A stretch of 64,000 bases of DNA from Prorocentrum cordatum (Eukaryota). The position numbers and the translations under genes are program-made. The stretch's first letter is position 1. Every line of letters starts with the position of its first letter. Where the stretch lies: positions 1-64,000 of the forward strand of contig CAUYUJ010000004.1 in assembly GCA_963575745.1 (NCBI GenBank), in the 5' to 3' direction. Below, piece after piece: positions 1 through 12,735 of this stretch. A model generated the notes under the pieces. The model was given only the letters and a program-made list of their open reading frames with translations. It was not told the origin of the DNA and made no database searches.

Positions 1-1945
1 GCTGGTTCCCGCCGGTGAGCGCTTCGACTCCGATGGCTGGAGCGGGGGTTGAGATAGCACGAGAGGCAGGGCAGGCCTCCTTGGTACTGGGACCGCTCGA
101 GCGCCTCGCTGACGATCGGTCCACCGCCGACCCAGTCGCGGCGTCGGCAGGCGCCCATGCCGTCGCCGCCGCGGGCCCGGCGCTCCTGGAGCGTGCGGGT
201 GGCAGCCTGTCCGCGCCAGACGAGGATGACTTGGGGCTTGCACCGAGGGCGAGTGTGTGGCGGCGTCGGCGGCGGCCGCGTTGGCTGTGGCTGCGGTCGC
301 GGCTGCGGCGGTGGCGGAAGTGTCTGCCGCAGCGGAGGCGGCGGCGGTGATTTCGAGGGGGAGATCGACTGTATAATTGATTTACCCCAGAATGGTTTGT
401 CTCGCCGAATCTGCGCACACATACGTCGAATGTTCGTAGATCTACGACCATTCGTCTTTTGGTATATTCTACGGGAAGGAAAGCACTTTTTGGGAATGCT
501 ATGGCCGATTTCCTTTTCGATGACAGCAACGGGGGCGGCAGTGCCAGCGGTAATTGTCGTGACGCTGGCGTTGGCGGTGGCAGTGGCGGAGGGTCGGGGG
601 ATGCGGCTCTGTGGGGCAGGCCGTCACTGCGCGGCGGCGGCGAGATGGTGGGCTGTGGACGGGTCGTTGCATTCGCAGCAGCCCCACTACCTCGTCCTGC
701 TCGGCTCCTCCTCCTCCTCCTCCTCCTCCTCCTCCTCCTCCTCCTGCGAAAAGGACGAAGCCAGGAGTTAGTTAAGAAATCACTACTTAGTTAGCTGTTT
801 CCGTATTGGATTTCGTGCGAACCGCGGATTGTTCTGGAGCTAGTATATTCCAGAAAGGGGCTCTTCGGGCGGGATTCCTCTTCCGAGCTCTGGAGCAACT
901 TTGTGGTAAGGTTGGCGCCAGTTCTGCCTGGCTTATACATTACCTCCGACATGAATCTGCGGCGCGCCGGGGAGCACCCCGCCTCCTCCGCAGCCCGGGA
1001 GTTCCTTCAGGAACCTCTCGGAGGTGGCATCTACGCATCTGACGCGGCTTCTCAGAGGTTTCTCGAGCCACCCGTGTCCGTGCCTTATTTCAGGAGCAGA
1101 TTCGATCCGCCGTGGACGCTGGGGAGGCGACGCGCACAGATGTCTCCGTCGCAGCACGGCAAAGGCAATCCGTACGGGCGCTCGCAGCAGTCTGGGACAC
1201 ATGCGACAATTCAATTGTTGTCCGGATGCAAGAGAGTGGGCGCGGGGAGGCATGGCGGCCACGAAGGGAGCAGAAGGGGGGAAGGGCACTCACAGGTGAA
1301 ATTCACGGCGAGCGCGCCAGTGCGGCCAGCCGGGTTTGCTGCACCAGGGCAGTAGGTGCGGGACGGCATCACGGCCACATCCAAGGATTTTAACCATTGT
1401 TGCAGGCGTTGAAAGCGTGGGGAGCAAGGTGCTATCAGTGTGCCAACACAGAGCCCATGGGAAACTGCCAGGAACGAGTGGTACATCCGGTTGTTCGTCA
1501 CATGGCCTCACTGCGTCAGGCTTTGCTGCGCCAGGCCGTCGTCCGCTGGATGTGGAGCCAGGACAGGGTCGCAGCGGAAGAAGCGCGCGGTGTCCGCGAG
1601 GGGCTGCGCCGAGGCGCAGGGCGGAGGAAAGAGGGGAGAAAGAGCGCCACGCCCGACCGGTGCCACGCATCACAGCAGGGCGGGGGCGGGCAACAAGCCC
1701 GGCCGCAGGGGCGGCGGAGCGGTCTGGCAGGGCCCGTGAAGGGGCGTCATGGCGGGGCGAGGCCGCAGCTGGAAGAGGAAGGGGCGCCCTGGAGCCGAGG
1801 GGCACCATCGCTGGGGAGCGGGCTGCCGTGGGGGGCGGGCCCCGCGGCGCGGAGCGCCCAGTCGGCGCAGACACGTGCGGATTAGGGAGCGCGCCGCCTC
1901 GGAGGGCAGCCGCGCAGGCCAGGGCGCCAGAGTGGTGCAAACACA

Positions 1946-1987
1946 TGTTGTTGTTGTTGCTGTTGCTGTTGCTGTTGCTGTTGTTGT

Positions 1988-2032
<45 letters not shown>

Positions 2033-2099
2033 AGTTGTTGTTGTTGCTGTTGTTGTTGCTGTTGTTGCTGTTGTTGTTGTTGCTGTTGTTGTTGTTGTT
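1946..2099. repeat. (GTT)n/(GTTGCT)n microsatellite
   Basis: Direct reading; similar GTT tracts at about 4020-4105, 4868-5037, 19908-19970, 28030-28114 and 29055-29109. Confidence 0.97.
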
Positions 2100-3256
2100 G
2101 AACATTATTAATTCTAAAGAATAATTATTGTTGGGACCCCTGGTGCACGGCCCCCCTGCGCCGCCTAGGCCGCAGCTGCATTTTCATCATTTTCGTGAGG
2201 AAGCCTCAGGTAATTCGATGTGATCAAGATCCGGTTGTTTTGCTCCCCCCCGCTTTCCCTTGCAAAAAACACTATAAAATGACATTTCTTGTTCTAATAT
2301 AATCAAATTTCAAGAATCCTTTGCAAAAAATAAGGTAAAGTGGACATTCGCGCGCGCAAGACGAAATCCTTCCAAAAGCTTAGTGTTCGGAACGATTTCA
2401 ACATAAAAACATCAAAAACTAATGGTTTTTCAACAAAAAAATGTCAAAATCTCATCCCGCGCGCTCTTGCGGATTCGTAGGAAACCCAACACTTTTTAAA
2501 CATTTCTGTCAAACGGGCTTTTGCGAGCAACTTTTTCGAACTTCTGCGACAACGGTTGCGCACCTGCCAGGGCCATCATCCCTGTCAAATAATACCATGC
2601 GGGACACATTCGTTTTTTCTTCGCGCGCGCACGCCGAAATCTCCAAAAACCATTGGGCTTCTTAAGAATTTTAGCACCGCGCATCATAAAATCACACGAA
2701 TCGCACCGTAGGTCCTCGAAAAACACCTGCACGACTTTTCAAAATTTCCACCCGCGCGCGCTGTCCGAATCGGGACAACCATCGGGACAACCATCGAGAC
2801 AACCATCGGGACAACCATATCCTCTCTCTCTTGTGTATTCCCACATCCCTCAGGAATTTGCCCTAAAGATGTGATCAACTATCTTGTGAGTACGTATCAT
2901 GTGTATCATGTGTATCATGTACCATATGCATCATATGCAACAGATGTTCTGTGGAAGGCTTAACAACTTCTGTGGGTTAACAAGGCTTAACAACTTCTGT
3001 GGGTGTACGAACGTAGGCTTAACAACTTCTGTGGGTGTGTACTCCACGCCAGTGTAGTAGCCACGGTCGTCCGCAGGCCACGAAGTGAAGTGTCCGAACG
3101 TCATAGGGCGGGAAGCTGGGTGTGGGTGGTGGCGAAGAGTCGTGTGGATATTTGGTAGAGCTTGCACTGCCCCCCCACAAAGTGGGGGTATTGGCTGGCG
3201 TCGCATGAAAACCCTGGCACTGGTGAGAACACTGAGCGTGTCGGGTAAAGTGATTG
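2100..3256. mobile_element. Non-coding dispersed element flanked by (GTT)n, copy 1
   Basis: Starts gaacattattaattctaaagaataattattgttggg and ends near aaaaccctggcactggtgag; near-identical blocks recur at 3280, 4106 and 28115. Confidence 0.85.
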
Positions 3257-3279
3257 TATTTGTTCGTTGTGTTGTTGTT

Positions 3280-4020
3280 GAACATTATTAATTCTAAGAA
3301 TAATTATTGTTGGGACCCCTGGTGCACGGCCCCCCTGCGCCGCCTAGGCCGCAGCTACATTTTCATCATTTTCGTGAGGAAGCCTCAGGTAATTCGATGT
3401 GATCAAGATCCGGTTGTTTTGTTTCCCCCCGCTTTCCCTTGCAAAAAACACTATAAAATGACATTTCTTGTTCTAATATAATCAAATTTCAAGAATCCCT
3501 TGCAACAAATAAGGTAAAGTGGACATTCGCGCGAGCAAGACGAAATCCTTCCAAAAGCTTAGTGTTCGGAGCGATTTTAACATAAAAACATAAAAAACCA
3601 ATGGTTTTTCAACAAAAAAATGTCAAAATCTCATCCCGCGCGCTCTTGCGGATTCGTAGGAAACCCAACACTTTTTAAACATTTCTGTAAAACGGGCTTT
3701 TGCGAGCAACTTTTTCGAACTTCTGCGACAACGGTTGCGCACCTGCCAGGGCCATCATCCCTGTCAAATAATACCATGCGGGACACATGTCAAATAAGTC
3801 ATTGAAACCATGCGCCAGTGTAGTAGCCACGGTCGTCCGCATGCCACGAAGTGAAGTGTCCGAACGTCATAGGGCGGGAAGCTGGGTGGGGGTGGTGGCG
3901 AAGAGTCGTTTGGAAATGTGGTAGAGCTTGAACCGGCCCCCCCACAAAGTGGGGGTATTGGCGGGCGTCGTATGAAAACCCTGGCACTGGTGAGGGCACT
4001 GAGCGTTCGGGTAAAATGAT
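3280..4020. mobile_element. (GTT)n-flanked element, copy 2 (internally shorter)
   Basis: Same two end blocks as copy 1; middle segment missing. Confidence 0.85.
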
Positions 4021-4105
4021 TGTTGTTGTTGTTGTTGTTGTTGTTGTGGGTGGTGGTGGTGGTGGTGGTGGTGGTGGTGCTGTTGCTGTTGCTACTGTTG
4101 CTGTT

Positions 4106-4993
<888 letters not shown>

Positions 4994-5039
4994 GTGGTTA
5001 TTGTGGTTGTTGTTGTGGTTGTTGTTGTTGTGGTGGTTG

Positions 5040-6221
5040 AACTTTGATTTTTGAAGAGTGATCGTTGTTGATTCCCCCACCGGTGCAGATTGTTTTTCTG
5101 AATCAAAGTGTGCTCCTCGACGCTCGCACCCTGTTTTTTACCAAGGAAAATCTTGAGGCTCAAACTGGGCCCCTGGCCCCAGGGTTACAACAACAACGGC
5201 TCCCGCTTGAGACGTCCTCACAATTTAGCCAGGACCCCCGCTCCCGCCCGAGACTTCCTCGCCTTGTATTGGAGAGGCCTGACGGCCGGTGCCGCCGACC
5301 CTGATCGAAAGGGCTAGGAGTGGGGGGAGGAAGCGGAGGATGAGGAGGAGGAGGAGGAGGAGGAGGAGGAGGAGGAGGAGGAGGAGGAGGAGGAGGAGGA
5401 GGAGGAGCAGGAGGAGGAGGAGGAGGAGGAGGAGGAGTAGGAGGAGGAGGAGGAGGAGGTAGGAGGAGGAGGAGGAGGAGGAGGAGGAGAGAGGAGGAGG
5501 AGGAGGAGGAGGAGGAGGAGCAGGAGGAGGAGGGAGGAGGAGGAGGAGGAGGAGGAGGAAGTGCATCCTTTGTGTGCCCGCTCGAAGAAAATGCGCCCCG
5601 GGAGTGTGATATTCTGACTTGGGACGTGCTCCCGGAAGAGGAAGAAGTGCATCTCGGGCGTGCCCGCTCGAGGAAAATGCGCCCTAGGGGGGGTGGTATT
5701 TTGACTCGGGGCCCGCTCCCGGGACGCCTTTGCGGGAGGAGGAGGAGGAGGAGGAGGAGGAGGAGGAGGAGGAGGGGAGGAGGAGGAGGAGGAGGAGGGA
5801 GGAGGAGGAGGAGAGGAGGAGGAGGAGGAGGAGGAAGGAGGAGAGGAGCAGGAGGAGGAGGAGGAGGAGGAGGAGGAGGAGGAGGAGGAGGAGGAGGAGG
5901 AGGAGGGGGAGGAGGAGGAGGAGGAGGAGGAGGAGGGAGGAGGAGGACCAGGAGGAGGAGGAAGTGCATCCCGTGCGTGCCCGCTCGAGGAAAGTGCGCC
6001 CCGGCGGGCGTCGTACCTGCCCCGGGCCCCCCCCTCCCCCTTCCCCCCCCCCCTGCGGGGAAGGGATCAAAGGGAAGGGGCTTCCCTTCGACTCCACTAC
6101 GACGTCGTTTAATTTCGTAGCGCGCTTGAGGAGGAGAGCCCTGGGAGGGGGAGAACGGAGACGACGGAGACGACGAGTCGAACGGAGAAGCCCCTCACAC
6201 ACGCCGACAGGGTCGGCGGAT
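5040..6221 (+). repeat. (GGA)n-rich composite repeat with a recurring gaagtgcatc...gtgcccgctcga motif and a terminal hairpin
   Basis: Motif at about 5558, 5644 and 5961; hairpin cgccgac-agg-gtcggcg at 6202-6218. Confidence 0.55.
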
Positions 6222-6427
6222 TTAGGAATCGCGCCCTCGCTTGGGACTTCCTTACAATTTCTTCAATAATCGCTCTCTCGGTGCTCTGGAGTCGCGCTTG
6301 CGCCCTCGCGCCCTTGCGTTGGAACTTCTGGCAATTTGCTCAAGCGCCGCGCTCCCGACACCCAGGCACCCAGGAGTCGCGCTCACGCTTAGGACTCCCT
6401 CACGCGTTACCTAGGAATCGGGAGCTT

Positions 6428-6630
6428 GCTGCCCTTCGTGGCCCCGTTGCAGCCCTTCGTGGCCCCCTCGTTTTGTTTCGTGGCCCCGTTGCAGCCCTTC
6501 GTGGCCTCCTCGCTGCCCTTCGTGGCCCCGCTGCCGCCCCTCGTGGCCTCCTCGCTGCCCTTCGTGGCCCCGATGCAGCCCTTCGTGGCCCCCTCGCTTT
6601 GTTTCGTGGCCCCGTTGCAGCCCTTCGTGT
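6428..6630. repeat. 21-bp-period minisatellite (gcccttcgtggcccc core)
   Basis: Tandem variants of gcagcccttcgtggccccc; translates as repeated ALRGP. Confidence 0.9.
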
Positions 6631-6649
6631 CCCCTCTCTGGGATCATTA

Positions 6650-9215
6650 CTTCCGGGCTCCCAGGGCCCCCTGTTGAGCCCCAGGGCAGCCTCAGCGAGG
6701 CCCCAGAGGGCCCGAGATGGCTTGAAGATGGCCGAAGAGGGCCCCAAGAGGGCCTTCAAAAGGCAAACATCTGCCCATTTCCTTCGTAAAACGTGCGTTT
6801 TCGGTATACTCGCTGGCTTCGTCTTCGCAGTGCCCCAGACGCCCCCGCGGAGCCCCAACACACCCAAGAGAGACCCAAGAGGGCCCCAGAAGACGGCCCA
6901 AGAGGCCCCGAAGCCTGCCCAGGAGGCCCCCAAGATGGCCTCAGGAAGGCCCGAGAGGGCCCCGTTCGAAATCATGTTCCCGGAAGCCTCTCCGGGAACA
7001 TGACCTCCGGGCTCCCAGGGCCCCCTACTGAGCCCCAAGACAGCCTCAGCGAGGCCCAGGAGAGCCCGAGACGGCTTGAAGATGGCCGAAGAGGGCCCCA
7101 AGAGGGCCTTCAAGAGGCGAAAATCTGCCCATTTCCTTAGTAAAGCGTGCATTTTCAGCATGCTCGCTGGCTTCGTTTTCACAGTGCCCCAGACGATCCC
7201 GCGGAGCCCCAAGACAGCCAAGAGAGACCCAAGAGGGCCCAAGACGGCCCAAAAGGGTCGTCCTGTGGGGCTGACGGACCCCCCCAAGACAGCCCAAGAG
7301 GCCCCAAAGCCGGCCCAGGAGGCCCCCAAGACGGCCTCAGGGAGGCCCAAGAGGGCCTCGTTCGAAGTCATGTTCCCAGAGGCCTCTCCGGGAACATGAT
7401 TTCCGGGTTCCCAGGACGCCCAAAGACAGCCCACAGAGGCCCGGACACGCCGAAGATGGCCTCAGGACGGCCGACGACTCCGCCAAAACGCCCCGAAGCC
7501 GAAAATTATAAATTTTCCAATTGTTTTTGAAGCATTTTTGCGCTCTCCCATGGTCCACCTCCCCACGGTCGCGGACCGCGTCAGAGGCCCTTCATATCGC
7601 TCCAAGACGGCCGAATAGGTTCTCAGGAAAGCCCAGAGACGGCCCAGGAGGCTCCCCAGATAAGTCAAGAGGGCCTCGAGAGCTCCCCAAGAGAGCCCCA
7701 AGAGCGACCCAAGAGGGCCCGAAGAGCGCGACATTTCAAGGTCTCCGGCCTGAGAGGCTCCTAGGACGTCCCTGGAGGCCATCAAGAGGCTCCCAAGAAG
7801 CCCCGTGAGGCTCACAAGAGGCCCCCCAGAAGCCCCAATAGGCCCCCAAAGGGGCCCACAGGGAAGCCCCCTGCGGGCTCCCAAGACACTTCGGTAAATC
7901 GTATTTCCCAGATAGCTTTCCGGGAACATGATTCTTCCGCCCACCGCCCCAACCATGTTTCCAATAGGTTTGCCGACAAGGCCACAAGGCGCCCCTCGGT
8001 AAGCCCCCAGAGGCCCCCCTCTTAAGAGAGCCGAATCAATATTACGCTCCCGGAGAGCTTCCCGGGAACATGATTCTCTATCTCGGAGTAGGCCCAGGGG
8101 GGGTGGGCGGGCCGCTGCCTGTTCCCCCCATCGGTGCCCACCGGGGGTTGCGGGGGGGGGTCCAGAGCTCCCGAGGCGGCCCGAGCCCGCCCTGAAGCAG
8201 GCCACGACAGGCTAAGGGGGTCCCGAGAGGGCCCAAGACGGTCCCTCGAGGCCCCGAAGACGCCCAAGATGCCCTCAAGACAGCCGACGAGGACTCCCAG
8301 CCGACGAAGACGCCCAAGACTCCCAAGATGCCCTCAAGACAGCCGGTAATATTAACTCAATTTCCTAGTGTTTTGGATTTTGGCGTTCTCGCTTTTCCCG
8401 CTTTCCAGCGCTCCCTCACGGCCTCGGAGGCCCTTCAGATCGCTCCAAGAAGGCCCACGAGGCCCCGACGAGGGCCCCAAGACGGCCCAGGATGCTCCCC
8501 AGACAACCCAAGTGTGCCCCAAAAGCGCGCCAAGAGAAGGCCCAGAGGGGTCCCGAGGCGGCCCGAGCCCGCCCCGAAGCAGGCCACGACAGGCTAATGG
8601 AGGTCCCGAGAGGGCCCTAGACGGTCCCAAGAGGCCCCGAAGACGCCCAAGCTGCCCTAGACGGCCGACGAGGACTCCCAACACGCTCCAGGACGGACTC
8701 AAGAGGCTCCCCAAGAGGGCCCTGGGAGGCAAGATTCAGTAATTTTCCGATGGTTTTTGAAGGATTTGGGCGTTCTCGCTTTCCCCGCTTCCCAGCGCTC
8801 CCTCACGGCCTCGCTCGGAGGCCCTTCACATCGCTCCAAGACGGGCCACGAGGCCCCGACGAGGGCCCCAAGACGGCCCAGGAGGCTCCCAAGACAACCC
8901 AACTGTGCCCCAAGAGCTCCCCAAGAGAGGGCCCAGAGGGGGACCGCCAACCGATATTTCGAGGTCTCTGGCCCTAGGCCGCCTGTAGGCCCCCGGAGGC
9001 CACCAACAGACTCCCACGAAGCCCCGTGAGGCGCCCAAGAGGCCCCCAGGAAGCCCCAAGAGATTCCCAAGGGGCTCCCAGGGAACGCCCAAGAGGCCCT
9101 CCAACACACCCCAAGAAATCATGTCCTCAGAAGACCTTCCGGGGACACGGCCCGAGAGTTCCCTGAGGCCCCCAAGGGGCCCCCAGGGAACGCACAAGAA
9201 ACCCCCCAACACACC
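6650..9215 (+). repeat. Degenerate ggcccaaga/gggccc-rich dispersed repeat family
   Basis: Direct duplication of about 350 bp (6652-7003 vs 7007-7399). Related tracts at about 10905-11010, 11330-11460, 12810-12890, 13090-13760, 14590-14930, and in inverted orientation at 37470-37790 and 40990-41170. Confidence 0.8.
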
Positions 9216-9289
9216 CTAACAAATTAGCCTGACGAAAGACCCAACCATACGTAGTTGTGAATACCGCAATTGTGGATATATTCTTCGGT

Positions 9290-10774
9290 GGCGCCCCCGG
9301 GCCACGAAACGAGTGAGGGGTGTGCCGAAATGGGGGGGTGGAACCGCATGCGAGCGCAGCCACTGGGGCGCTCGGTGGAGCTCCCTATGGAGCCACGAAA
9401 CGTGTGAGGGGTGTGCCAGAATGGGGGGTGGAACCGCATGCGGGCGCAGCCACTGGGGCCTTCGGTGGAGCTCCCTATGGGGCCACGAAACGTGTGAGGG
9501 GTATGCCAGAATGGGGGGTGGAACCGCATGCGGGCGCAGCCACTGGGGCCAATGGGGGGTGGAACCGCATGCGGGCGCAGCCACTGGGGCCTTCGGTGGA
9601 GCTCCCTATGGGGCCACGAAGCGTGCGAAGGGGTGTGCCGAACCGCATGCGGGCGCAGCCACTGGGGCCTTCGGTGGAGCTCCCTATGGGGCCACGCGTG
9701 TGAGGGGTGTGCCAGAATGGGCCGCATGCGGGCGCAGCCACTGGGGCCTTCGGTGGAGCTCCCTATGGGTGTGAGGGGTGTGCCAGAATGGGGTGTGGAA
9801 CCGCATGCGGGCGCAGCCACTGGGGCCTTCGGTGGAGCTCCCTATGGGGCCACGAAACGTGTGAGGGGTGTGCCAGAATGGGGGGTGGAACCGCATGCGG
9901 GCGCAGCCACTGGGGCCTTCGGTGGAGCTCCCTATGGGGCCACGAAACGTGTGAGGGGTGTGCCAGAATGGGGGGTGGAACCGCATGCGGGCGCAGCCAC
10001 TGGGGCCTTCGGTGGAGCTCCCTATGGGGCCACGAAACGTGTGAGGGGTGTGCCAGAATGGGGGTGGAACCGCATGCGGGCGCAGCCACTGGGGCCTTCG
10101 GTGGAGCTCCCTATGGGGCCACGAAACGTGTGAGGGGTGTGCCAGAATGGGGGGTGGAACCGCATGCGGGCGCAGCCACTGGGGCCTTCGGTGGAGCTCC
10201 CTATGGGGCCACGAAACGTGTGAGGGGTGTGCCAGAATGGGGGGTGGAACCGCATGCGGGCGCAGCCACTGGGGCCTTCGGTGGAGCTCCCTATGGGGCC
10301 ACGAAACGTGTGAGGGGTGTGCCAGAATGGGGGGTGGAACCGCATGCGGCGCAGCCACTGGGGCCTTCGGTGGAGCTCCCTATGGGGCCACGAAACGTGT
10401 GAGGGGTGTGCCAGAATGGGGGTGGAACCGCATGCGGGCGCAGCCACTGGGGCCTTCGGTGGAGCTCCCTATGGGGCCACGAAACGTGTGAGGGGTGTGC
10501 CAGAATGGGGGGTGGAACCGCATGCGGGCGCAGCCACTGGGGCCTTCGGTGGAGCTCCCTATGGGGCCACGAAACGTGTGTGGGGTGTGCCAGAATGGGG
10601 GGTGGAACCGCATGCGGGCGCAGCCACTGGGGCCTTCGGTGGAGCTCCCTATGGGGCCACGAAACGTGTGAGGGGTGTGCCAGAATGGGGGGTGGAACCG
10701 CATGCGGGCGCAGCCACTGGGGCCTTCGGTGGAGCTCCCTATGGGGCCACGAAACGTGTGAGGGGTGTGCCAGA
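9290..10774. repeat. 90-bp tandem satellite, about 16 units
   Basis: Unit cctatggggccacgaaacgtgtgaggggtgtgccagaatggggggtggaaccgcatgcgggcgcagccactggggccttcggtggagctc starts at 9841, 9931 and 10021; no variable spacers. Confidence 0.97.
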
Positions 10775-11078
10775 AGGGAGGGGGAGGAGGGAGGAGGAAG
10801 GAGAGAAGGAGGAAGGAGGAAGGAGGAAGGAGGAAGGAGGAAGGAACGCGGGGACCGTCTCTTCAAAACGAGGACCCAACAACACAGGTTGGTTGGGAAA
10901 AAGGTCCCCAGAAGGCCTTCCCGGGACATGATTCATCATGGGCCCGCCGGAGGCTTCGAAGGACCATCATGCTCCAGGAGAGCTGTCTGGGAAGTTGATT
11001 GGGAACATGACTGATCGCCTTCTCGCGGCCCTCCGCAGATCGTTTCGCACAAAGTTGCCCCAAGTGCCTTCTTGAACC

Positions 11079-11332
<254 letters not shown>

Positions 11333-11574
11333 CACGCCCCAACAGGCTCCCCAAGACGCCCCCCAAACCCATGCTCCCAGAAGGCATTCTGGGAACCGGA
11401 TTCATACGGCCTCCGCCCCCTTACACAACCATTTTCTTCGAAGGCCTTCCGGAATGCAGATTGGCATGCGTGGATTGTGGTCCACTACTTCAGTGGAGCA
11501 ATGAATTCGTCAAGGCCTGGGGCCTGCTAGAACATGAACGCGCGCGAAGCGCGCGCGATGGATTTAGTTCATAC

Positions 11575-12487
11575 ACATAAGCATATTTATATGCATGTAT
11601 GTGTGTATGTATGTATGCATTCACACAAGCTGTATGTATGTATGCTTGCATGCATGCGTGTATGTATGCATGTCCCTGCATGCATGCATGTTTGTATACA
11701 TGTATGCATGCACGTATGTACGTATGTATGTATGCATGCGTGCATGCATGTTTGTCTGTATGTGCATCTATGCATTCATGAATGCATGCATGTATGTATG
11801 CACATATGTATGTGTGTCTGTATGCATGCATGTATGTATGTATGCATGCATGCATGTATATATGTACGTATGTGTGTATGTAAGTATGTGTATATACATG
11901 TGTGTATGTATGTATGTATGCATGCATGCATGTATGTGTGTATGCATGTACGCATGTATATATGTCAGTCAGTCTGTCTGTCTGTCTGTCTGCATGCATG
12001 CATGCATGTACGTACGTACGTACGTATGTATGTATGTATGTATGTATGTATGTATATATGTAGGCATGTGTGTATACATGTGTGTCCGTATTTATGTATG
12101 TATGCATGTATATATGTATGTATGTAGGCTTGTTTGTATATAGCTAAGTATGTAGGTATGTGTTTATCTGTATGTATGTATGCATGTGTATGTGTATGTG
12201 TATGTGACTGTACATGTATGTGTGTGTAAATGTATAGGTAGGTGTATCTGCATATGAATATGCATAACTATAAGTACAAGTATATGTATATGGATATGTG
12301 TATGTGTATGTATATGTGTATGTATATGCATATGCAGATGTATATGTACATGTATATGTCGATGTATGTGTATATGTATAGGTATTTGTATATATATATA
12401 GGTAGATGTATTTGTATACATTCATATGCATATGTATATGTATGTGTATATGTATGTGTATACGTCTACGTATACGTATATGTATAG

Positions 12488-12524
<37 letters not shown>

Positions 12525-12735
12525 CATAGCTATATGTACATGTATATGTACAGGTGTAGGCATACGTATAGGTATATGTATACATAGATGTCTATGCATA
12601 TGTAAATGTATGTATATATATGTATGTGTATATGTTTATGCATATGCATATGCATATGCATATGCTTATGTTTATGTTTATGCTTATGTTTATGTACATG
12701 TCTATGTATAGGTATGTGTATACATATGATGTAAA
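11575..12735. repeat. Compound (ATGT/ATGC/ATATGT)n alternating purine-pyrimidine tract
   Basis: About 1.15 kb AT-rich low-complexity sequence. Confidence 0.95.

Noticed and set aside
15..1930. Overlapping ORFs of 80-270 aa on both strands
   Set aside because: No recognisable motifs; consistent with GC-rich open frames or an unidentifiable relic.
9290..10774. CRISPR-like array
   Set aside because: Units are contiguous near-identical 90-mers with no unique spacers and no cas genes. The same applies to the 77-bp (62552-63812) and 83-bp arrays.
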